64,000 nucleotides of DNA from the human T2T-CHM13v2.0 reference genome, Homo sapiens: assembly GCF_009914755.1 (NCBI RefSeq), contig NC_060929.1; one strand, 5' to 3'. The translations under genes and the position numbers were made by a program. Below are positions 54,019 to 64,000 of this stretch, one piece after another; the first letter of the stretch is position 1; every line of letters starts with the position of its first letter. The notes beneath the pieces were generated by a model. That model ran no database searches. It was not told where the DNA came from and saw nothing but the letters and a program-made list of their open reading frames with translations.

Positions 54019-56159
54019 AAGGATAAATTGAATTGACCACCTCGCATTATTACTGAACCAGTCTATTCTCTAACCAGTTCCTCAATCCTACAATTTATGG
54101 CTGTAAATGTTGTTGGCCCAGGGTGTGCTGTGAAGGTCCAGTTCTTGCTATGGTTGTTTTCAGATTCTGTGAGGAAGCTAAGTGGGGTTCCTTCATTCTT
54201 CCACTGAAGACTATGTGGCCATCACCACCAGCTGAGCAAGAGTAGTCACCTGGAGGTAAATGTCCTAGGGAGCACACTTTCAAGTGTGTCATCAATAGTC
54301 CTGCAGGAAGATGCTATTAGGATAAACTGTCCTATACTTCAATGGATGCATGGAGAGAAGCCTGAATTTCTCTCTTTTTTGTATTTCTAAGCAGGAGGCT
54401 TTGTGGGAGTTTGTTTACATCTGACAGGGTCAGGGAAGGATGGGAAGGAAAAAAGAATACTGTTTTTTAGTTATAGTTTGTTTTTAAAAAATCCTGTTCG
54501 CTTGCAATTTACATACACAGATTAATCTTTTTGTTTTTATATTCTTTCTCATTTGAAAAATGTTTTACCCTATCAAATAGTAAAAGAGACGCACATCCTT
54601 ATCATGGGTATGCAATGTTTGAGAAAGGGAAGGCTGTGAAGCCTTTAGCAAGAGAAGACAGCAGAGCCTAAAGAGAAACAGGTCCCCAGTATCCCCCTAA
54701 TCTGAGGTAGTATTCTCACCCCCATCTCTCTGCTTTCAAATCCTACATCTAAAGTCTCAAACTCAAATGTCTTTATGATCCAGGCAGATAGGATAAATAC
54801 AGTCAGCCAGGTTGATACAGAGGAAACTGGAAGGGCACTTTTAAACCATGGTGCAGGCCTTACAAAGCCTGTCTGCAGCCTGAATGCAGCCCATATGCAA
54901 GTAACACAAAGGCAAATGTTTCTGACAAAGAGGCTAAACATTCTGTTTAATAATTGAAACTTTTATTAGATAAACTGCTATCAGGTCTAAAAATCTTGAG
55001 GATATTCTGATACTCATATGCCAAGCTGAGTAATATATGGCACACATGTACTTGTGCATATATAACTGTATCAATGTGTATCTGTGCTGTATATGGGCTG
55101 CACTCTGTAGTACCTCAGTTTTAGACTTTTTCAAGAAAAGTGAGATGTTTAGGATACCTATTAACATCTTGTACTTGTTTTATGGATACATTTGGAAAAT
55201 TGAAAACGTTTTATAGTATTTAGTGCCCCTGATATTCTTATAAATATAAGCATCTCCTGCTTAATGTCATATTACTAACCTGTTCTTAAAAAATCAGATG
55301 TTCTACACAAAAACACTAGCCTAGAGCATATTTCCAGTTATTTTAAATGGGAAAAATTACAATGCATTATCCATCAACCCTGAAACCTCAAATAATTTCC
55401 TGAAATATAAATACAGAGACATTTATATATAGGTAAAAATTATCATTTAGGATGTAAAATGTATGTTTAGCAAACAGAAGATCTGTGTACAGTGACATGA
55501 TCTTTGATGCCTCTTTGCACTAGCAACTTTCCCTTTGATGACAATCAGCCTACTGAAAAGTAAAAATCTGATTCTGATGTTCTGATCTGTGTTTGGAATG
55601 GACTTGAGAGTTTTCTTCATCCATTGTTTAGTTAACAATGTTGTATTGAGTATTAGACTTTAAACATAACATTTCCATATTTAAACAATGGTGAAAAACA
55701 ATGTGGAGAGATAAGTAAGTTCTATGAATTTAAATATTAAAAAAAAACAATAGTGATTCTATCAGAAAAACCTAAACTGTAAAAGTAGTTGGCAGAGTAT
55801 GTCTGTAATGACACAATGAGCTCTGGTTCATTAGCCTAATGATGTAAGCAAATACCTTGCTGGGGTCTAGCACAGTATGTGATGCTCAGTGTTCTGTTCC
55901 TATTACAGCTTTCATTTTTTCTTAATCAATTCCATTTCTAAATTCATTAATTGGGATTTGTTTATATTTTTATTATTCAGAGAAAACCTAATGTATTTCA
56001 AGAAACATTTTTGAATCTTAATTGTAATTTGGATTTAAGTTTCCACCCATACTAAGTTGAAGAATGTGTCTGGGCATCTGCTAGATAAAAATATTCTGGC
56101 TTATGAGGATTTGTCAATGTGGTTTCACAAAGAAACATAATCCATTCATCAAAAATCTG

Positions 56160-57030
56160 TTAAGCTCAATGTGGGAAAGCAAGCTCCTTATAGATCTATC
56201 GCACTGCTAATAACAACTATAAACTGTGGAAAAATATCTTAACCAACTACCTGATGAATATGGGGATTAAACAAAAGCACACAGGTTCCATAGAGTGATA
56301 GAAAGAAAAAAGGACTAGTAGCATAGGCTAAGTTTTCTATTAATATGAGTTTTAGCCTGAGTGCAGGCCAAGTTAGTGCCACATGGGGCATCTAGAACTT
56401 TGATAGAAAACCTTTAACCATTCTAGCCTGAAGAACCAGAGGACAGAGTTCCAGGCAACTGCAGTCATTAGGAAGTGAGGCCAGGAAAGAAGACAATCGG
56501 AGAGAGGGGCTCTGAATTCTACGTATAAACTCTTCCAATTCTCTGGCTGATGCATGAACCACGCATGTGCCGGTCAGACTGCAAACTTCTCAGTTAAGGA
56601 GTGAAAGAACTAAGCAAATTTGAGCTGATGCCCAAAGGGCACAGTTTGAAATTGGATTCCCACCAAGTTAATTGTCTCCTGAAACAAATAAACCAAAAAT
56701 GTCAACAAGTTTTGGAGAAACGTAACAGAACCCAGTTTCTACAACTTACATTACAATGTCCAGAATACATTTCAAAATGACGTGACATATAAAGAATAAG
56801 AAAAATGTGACCCATTTTCAAGAGAAATGACAATCAACAGAGGCCAACCCCAAAATATTTCAGATGTCAGAATTGGCAGACAAGGACTTTAAAGCAGCTG
56901 GTCTAACTATTATTAATGAGATCAAAGAAAATATATTCTGGAATGATAAGATGGAAAATCTTAGCAGATAAATAGACAATATATGTAAGAGCCAGATGAA
57001 AATTTTGGAACTAAAATAATACACAAGCTG
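56160..57030 (+). mobile_element. Ancient L1M 5'UTR/ORF1 fragment
   Basis: 'gaaaatgtgacccattttcaagagaaa...gaattggcagacaaggactttaaagcagc' is typical of old L1 ORF1 starts. Confidence 0.65.
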
Positions 57031-57274
57031 AACTAAAATACACCAACAAGAATAATTCTAATCTTTACTATGAATCTTTTACTTTACATGTAAAAATTAC
57101 AGGGGTATGAGTATGCCTAACTCACAGAAAACATTTTTACATTCTTCTGTTTTTGATCCCTCCCGGCGTTCTCCACATGGTTGGCGAGTGCTGCCTGAAA
57201 CGTTCTTCCTCTTTTCTGTAACGTATTTTCAACCTCCAGTCTCTCAAAATGTTGACCATACTACCTGAAAAGCT

Positions 57275-58358
57275 TTTCTTTTCTTTTTTCTTTTCTTTTC
57301 TTTTTAATTATACTTTAAGTTCTAGGGTACATGTGCACAATGTGCAGGTTTGTTACATATGTATACATGTGCCATGTTGGTGTGCTGCACCCATTAACTT
57401 GTCATTTACAGTAGGTATATCTCCTAATGCTATCCCTCCTCCCTCCCCCCTCCCCCCACCCTACGACAGGCCCTGGTGTGTGATGTTCCCCTTCCTGTGT
57501 CCAAGTGTTCTCATTGTTCAATTCTCACCTATGAGTGAGAATATGCGGTGTTTGGTTTTCTGTCCTTGTGATAGTTTGCTGAGAATGATGGTTTCCAGCT
57601 TCATCCATGTCCTTACAAAGGACATGAACTCATCCTTTTTTATGTTTGCATAGTATTCCATGGTGTATATATGCCACATTTTCTTAATCCAGTCTATCAT
57701 TGATGGACATTTGGGTTGGTTCCAAGTCTTTGCTATTGTGAATAGTGCTGCAATGAACATACGTGTGCATGTGTCTTTATAGCAGCATGATTTATAATCC
57801 TTTGGGTATATACCCAGTAATGGGATGGCTGGGTCAAATGGTATTTCTAGTTCTAGATCCTTGAGGAATCGCCACACTGTCTTCCACAATGGTTAAACTA
57901 GTTTACAGTCCCACCAACAGTGTAAAAGTGTTCCTATTTCTCCACATCCTCTCCAGCACCTGTTGTTTCCTGACTTTTTGATGATTGCCATTCTAACTGG
58001 TGTGAGATGATATCTCATTGTGGTTTTGATTTGCATTTCTCTGATGGCCAGTGATGATGAGCATTTTTTCATGTTGTCTGTTGGCTGCATAAATGTCTTC
58101 TTTTGAGAAGTGTCTGTTCATATCCTTCACCCACTTTTTGATGGGTTTTTTTTTTTTCTTGTAAATTTGTTTGAGTTCTTTGTAGATTCTGGATATTAGC
58201 CCTTTGTCAGATGAGTGGATTGCAAATATTTTCTCCCATTGTGTAGGTTGCCTGTTCCCTCTGATGGTAGTTTCTTTTGCTGTGCAGAAGCTCTTTAGTT
58301 TAATTAGATCCCATTTGTCAATTTTGGTTTTTGTTGCCCTTGCTTTTGGTGTTTTAGA
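57275..58358 (-). mobile_element. L1PA (about PA3-PA5) 5'-truncated LINE-1: 3'UTR plus ORF2 C-terminus
   Basis: 'ttatactttaagttctagggtacatgtgcacaa' terminus; ORFs 57518..57889 and 57893..58090 encode the ORF2p C-terminus ([28 protein letters not shown]). Confidence 0.97.
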
Positions 58359-59892
58359 TGTGCTTTATTCTTACTCCTTCCTCTTTTCTCTTCCCCTTTC
58401 CTCTGTGTCTGAGCCTCTCTGGATTCTATTGTTGCTCACTGTCTGGAGCTCCACAAGATTTGAACCAGTAGGTGATAGTGATTTTCCTTTGTGTGTGTGT
58501 TGGGATAGAGAAGGGGACAGAAAGAGAATATGAAGTGGGACATATGGTTGATAGGGTTGCAGTAAAGTTTAATTGGTATATTCATGGACTTCTCTACTTG
58601 GACAGATGTGTCACATTTATATAGGTACACCCTATACTGTGGTGTGCTCACTTTTGACATTCTTCTTTTCCATTGATTATCATTTATTCAGCTGCCTACA
58701 CTTTTCTGTCCTTCTACTGTTTAAACCACTATTAGCTTCCATTGTGTCCTTGTCCCCCAAGGCCATTACAGAGCATTACCTGGCAACAATCTTATTCCTC
58801 TAAGCCATTGACTGTAGCTACTTTTGTCACTCTTCAGCTACTAGAAAAAAAGATGTACTCCTTTTTATAATCACTCCTTCAGGATGAGTTCTATGGTTGT
58901 TGGATGGCTAGTGATTTAGTTTTTTTCTTTATATTATAGTTCTTACCTTACAAGAGGGCAAAGGTGACTAGTGGGACAAAGAATGGGTTGCCAGACTCTC
59001 TTGGTGAGAGCCAGAATCTCAGGTGGAGAACCTGCTGTTTGGTCTGGATCACTCTCCCTGATGCCTCCTCAGAGTTCTTTTCTCTCAGGGCACTTTATTG
59101 TCTCTTCTCCCAGACTGGCCTCTTCCTGGAAATCCCTGTCCAATAGGCGAATCTGTATCCCAGTTGTAGACTGGCTTCAGGCTCTTGACCATAGTCCTTT
59201 GTTCTCAGTAAATTGAGAGCTGTGCTGGGTATCTGTTTATTATTAACCCAGAATATTCTGTGACAGTGAGCATATATAGAGACATTTGAAGAAATTTTAT
59301 TTAGAAGTCTGGACTTCTGAGAGCATGAAGAAAACTTCTAGTGGGAGGTATGGTCAGCCATAAAAGCATTCTGGGAACACAGAAAAGGAAGCAGTGACGT
59401 ATTTTTAACATTATAAGGTGTATAGTTTTGTGGAGTTTTCCCCACATTTAAATATTTCTAAAATTTGCATGGGCCATTTAGTATCTTTTAATTCTATCAC
59501 AATGTAATGACAAATCAATGCTGCATTATACCATTCATGGTGTCTTATAATTGAGGAAATAAGGTACCAAAATAGGGTACTTTTGATTAGGGCTGGAGTC
59601 ATTAATAACTAGGGCTAGTGGTGGAGGTTTTTCTAATATAAAAAGTGTCATCTACTGGTCCTCATAGAATAGTTGAACATTTGTCAGATGGAGACTGATA
59701 CAGAAAGGTATTCTTGGAAGAGAGAACAGCATGAGAAGAAGACCCAAATAGAGAGAGTGAAGTTGAGAGGTTTGAAGTTTTATAGGATGTTTAAACCAAG
59801 AAAATGAGTTTTACAGATGAAATGGGGAATAAATTTGAAAACCTAATTGTCTTTTTCTATATTGCCTAAGAATTGAAATATAAGAAATTTGT

Positions 59893-60364
59893 ATCCTTCA
59901 CCCACTTTTTGATGGAGTTGTTTGTTTTTTTCTTGTAAATTTGTTGAAGTTCTTTGTAGATTCTGGATATTAGCCCTTTGTCATATGGATAGATTGCAAA
60001 CATTTTCTCCCATTCTGTAGGTTGCCTGTTCATTATGATGATAGTTTCTTTTGCTGTGCAGAAGCTCTTTAGTTAAATTAGATCCCATTTGTCAATTTTG
60101 GCTTTTGTTGCAATTGTTTTTGGTATTTTAGTCAGGAAGTCTTTGCTCATGCGTATGTCCTGAATGGTATTGCCTAGGTTTTCTTCTGGGGTTTTTATGG
60201 TTTTAGTTCTAATGTTTAAGTCTTTAATCCATCTTGAGTTAATTTTGTATAAGATGTAAGGAAGGGGTCCAGTTTCAGTTTTCTGCATATGGCTAGCCGG
60301 TTTTCCCAATACCATTTATTAAATAGGGAATCCTCCTCCCCCCCCCCCCCAAAAAAAAAAGAAA
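59893..60364 (-). mobile_element. Internal L1PA ORF2 fragment (antisense) with + strand C13/A-rich tail
   Basis: ORF 60073..60315 ([11 protein letters not shown]...[10 protein letters not shown]); 11-bp TSD aagaaatttgt at 59882-59892 and 60365-60375. Confidence 0.9.
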
Positions 60365-61002
60365 AAGAAATTTGTTTTCAACCTGTATTGGAACAACTTG
60401 AGGATTGTAACTTGACAAATGCTCAGAGTGCATTTGATTTCCAGGACACATTTAAGGGAATAAGACCTGTCAGACAGTTATAGCAATAATCTAACAAGAG
60501 ACAATATGCATTCGGTCTACAGGCAGTAACAGAGAGAAATGGCAAAGGGGGAATGGAATGACCTTCCAAATATAGATATAACAAAATGTGTGTGTGGGAG
60601 GTTCTGGAGGAGAGAGAGGTCAAAGATGAGTCAAGAGTTTCTACCCTGGTGACTGAGTAGATGACAGTCATTTATTGAGCAAGTAAATATAGGAGAAGAA
60701 GCCGTCTTTAGATTTTGCAGCATAATATGGAAAAGAGGTAGACTATCAAGAAAGTCAGGGAAATTTATTGGGAGGGAGATTTGTATTAAAGACGTGGATG
60801 CATTCTTTATTTTATTCTGTTGTTCATAGCTTTGGGGGACTTCCTATATGCAAGGTTCCAATCTAGGTGCTAATTATTGAAAGGTGAAAAAGACACAGAA
60901 ATTTTGCCCCCAGGGAATTCACAGTTTAGGGGAGGAGCTACACTGGCCCATCTGAATTCCAAGCCTAGATGATTGGCACTATAATTAAGGTGTGATCAAA
61001 AT

Positions 61003-61736
61003 TCAGAGCAGATGCTGTTGGCACCAAAACGTATCTACTCTGCTCTCAACATTCCTGTGCATGCCAGCCTCACAGTTTCCAACTTCAAGTACCTGCTTCT
61101 TCCTGAGGGATTCCTCTGGCAATGGGAATCTACTGAAAGTGTCAGAGAGTTACAACCCTTTCCTCAAGTAATTCCCAACCAATGACTGTGATGAATTTGT
61201 AGAAAAATAGTTCTGCAACTTTGCCTCTTAGCTGACATAACTAATGGGCATATTCTGCACTGCATCACATGGCTGTCAGTGGCATTGAACACCAGTTATC
61301 CACAGTGCAAACCTGCTGGTTAATTCACCTTGAATTGGCTTTGTTCCCTTCCTCTCTCACTTCTCCAGTCCTTACTAGTGCTTCCTGGGACCACCACCTA
61401 AATGAACTGCTGACTCTTGAATCTTTGGCTCAGAGACTGCCTCTGTTTCAGCTTTTAAAAATAGCAATAATTTCTTTTGATACTCCTTCCATCAGGAGAT
61501 GGGGTTTAGGTCCTCACCCCTTGAATGTGGGTGAACTTCAGCCTCAGAGCATGGTGGAAGTAATGCTATGTGACTTTCAAGGCTGTGTCATAGATGACCG
61601 TGCATCTGCTGTCTTGTCCACTGAGGTTCTTGCTCTTGGAGCCGTGAGCTACCATATAAGGAGTCCAGCTGTTTTGGGGCTGCCACGTGGGATATGGGTA
61701 TGCCATGCTGAGAGGCCACATGGAAAGCTCTGAAGC

Positions 61737-61770
<34 letters not shown>

Positions 61771-62098
61771 TATTTGTGTGTGTGTAGACAAAGAGAGAGA
61801 GAGTGGTCATTCTAGCCCAGGTGTGAGAGAGAGAGAGGTGTGTCATTCCAGGCCAAGTGCAAGGCATGTGAGTGAAAAAGCCTCCAGATAATTTCAGGCC
61901 CCAATATCTGAGTCATTCCTAGCCATTCCAGTCTTCTTAGCTGAATTTTCAGACATAACAGACATAACAGAGCAGAGACAAACTGCACTCACCATGTTGC
62001 GACTGAATTCCTGACCCACTGAATCCAAGACCATAATACGATGGTTGTTTTATACCACTGAGTTTTTGGGTGGTAACTAGAACATTAAACCTAAGACA
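61003..62098 (+). mobile_element. LTR16C-like ERVL LTR split by a nested MLT1G-like LTR
   Basis: 'gcagatgctgttggcacc' start, 'cttcctgggaccaccacctaaat', terminal 'aaacctaagaca' reappears after the MLT1. Confidence 0.65.
61444..62084 (+). mobile_element. MLT1G-like MaLR LTR with internal (TA)n/(GA)n
   Basis: 'ttttgatactccttccatcaggagatgggg', 'ccatgctgagaggccacatgg', 'ctgaattcctgacccactgaatcc', end 'gtaactagaaca'. Confidence 0.75.
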
Positions 62099-63059
62099 GT
62101 ACTTTCATGGAAGAAGCATCATAAACATTTTCAGAGAGTTGAATATAGGAGTATGAAGGATCTCATTGAGGGAGAGAGTGCGGCTCTCAGTAACTTTCTA
62201 CCATGCAGGGATGATGTCTTTTTCCTAAAAAGATGTGTATTTGGCATACATTCTCTCTCCCACAATAGGACCAGCCTCAATCGATATTATCTAAAAACAT
62301 CAGCTCTTAGGAAGTTACATGGTCCAAATTAGGCTAATAAATTACAAACGAACTACCAAGGGGCGACTGGTTAATAAATTTTCAATAGCTTTCTCCTTTT
62401 TAAATGGTGTTTGCTTGTGGTTTTTTATTAGCAATCACATACACTTGGTTAGAAATATATGTGACCTGAAAAATAGACAATGGAGCAGAGATTCATCCTG
62501 AGTTAAGATCTAGATGCTATCTAGTTTGAACATGAGGTGAAGGGGTGGATAGTTCTCAGGTGATTGGAAATGATTTTTGTGTTGGGTATGATGTCTGTCA
62601 CATCCAATCACCTGGTGCCTGTTTAGGATCAGACATATGACAGCAGGTGGAAGTGTGCCTTTTGATCCCGAAATGGCAACAGACCCTCATGTCTGCAGCT
62701 TCATCTGACAAATTTGGCAGGAAGGAAGAGGTATGGAACCAGAAGCATCTGCCACTGAGTTGGGAGAGCAAAAATAAAGGCATTCGTTAAAGCTATTTCC
62801 TCCCATTGCAATTCAGTGAGCTTTCTGTGGACATATGATCAGACCCAAGCATGTTTATCAATATCAGCGTCCTGGGATCTTTTGTGCATGACTCATTGGT
62901 GCTTCTGAGATTCCATTTGAATCAATCCAATCCACTTCAACTCAAGGAACATTTATACAACTGTGCTGGAGATGATGGAGGAGACCTGAACAAGGTACAG
63001 TTCATGCATTCATGATAGGCATTTTTCATCCAGTCCTCCTGCAGGTGCCCCATCACCAG

Positions 63060-63960
63060 ATGAGAAACCTTTCTTCATATGGGATGGATTACAGTTACAT
63101 TAACAGTAAAAAGGAGAATAGTCTAGACACAGAAGAAAATACACATCACTATTTGATATTGTGGTGGGCAAGCATTTTTTAAAATAAAATCAATGGAAAC
63201 ATGCACAAAGATATTAGATGATATACAGAAGAACGAAAGCTACTGTAGGTGATAATCTAAACAGCAAAGGAAATGACAATCAGGAAAATATTTGCCAGAA
63301 ATATTTTGTTAACATTATAAATATATGAAGAATTTTTGTCAATTAACTAAAAAAAGGCACTGGAATGCCAACAGAAAAGAATAAGTAACAAGCATGAAGA
63401 AATAATTCCTATTAGAAGTAAAATGGCTAATAAAGGTATAAATATATGATCATCTCACTAGTAATAAAAGAAACACAGATGAAACAACAGATAACAAAAA
63501 AGAGATGCCACAGTTTGCCACAATTTCTTGAAAGCAACAATATACAGTCAGGTAAAAGTAGATGAGCTGGGCACTTTCCTACTGCTGGTAGGCCAGTATT
63601 CCCGCAACACTCCTGAAAACAAATTGACAATCTGTGTCAAGACCTTAGAAGAATTTTAAAACTTTGATTCATTGCTAGTACTTCCAGAAACCTGTCTTAA
63701 AGACTGAAGAGATAAACTTAGAGTTTTATATAAATAATAATCATCAAAATAAGGTTGATTGAAAAAGAAATATAAAAATCTAAATGGCTCCAAAAAAGCA
63801 TGATTAAATAAGTGTTTATATGTGTACAGTATATAGTAATTACTAAAAGTTAGGTTTCTAAAGAATATTTGATGATGTGGAAAATGCTTTTGTCAGAATG
63901 TTAATGAACAAGAGAGAGAAAACAAAATTTATTAAGAGTTTGTTACTAATTTTGAATGTG
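63060..63960 (+). mobile_element. Ancient L1ME-type ORF2/3' fragment
   Basis: 'ctcactagtaataaaagaaa', 'actttcctactgctggtagg', 'aaattgacaatctgtgtcaa'. Confidence 0.6.
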
Positions 63961-64000
63961 AATTTGTAAATACTAGAAACAAATACACCCAAAATGTCAG

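Overview
Primate (most likely human or great-ape) non-coding DNA, intergenic or deep intronic. Species is inferred from AluJ/AluS, L1PA, THE1D, MER52 and an intact LTR12C. I see no supportable host protein-coding gene; the only ORFs I recognise as protein are decayed Tigger1 transposase and L1 ORF2 fragments. The window is a mosaic of retroelements and DNA-transposon fossils. The stand-out structure is a near-perfect 698-bp inverted duplication (29748-30445 vs 32970-33667, one mismatch by manual comparison, 2524-bp spacer). It copies a piece of an ancient L1MC, and both junctions of the new copy carry 21-bp fold-back fillers inside a 7-bp CACCAAA repeat, which looks like a recent locally templated insertion. 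Other oddities: an L1 insertion made only of an inverted ORF2 fragment plus a C13/A-rich tail between TSDs, a possible old L1 3' transduction, a near-consensus p53 site created by a micro-duplication in a MIR, and a 59-bp tandem duplication. Repeat subfamily names come from recalled consensus sequences and boundaries of old elements are approximate.
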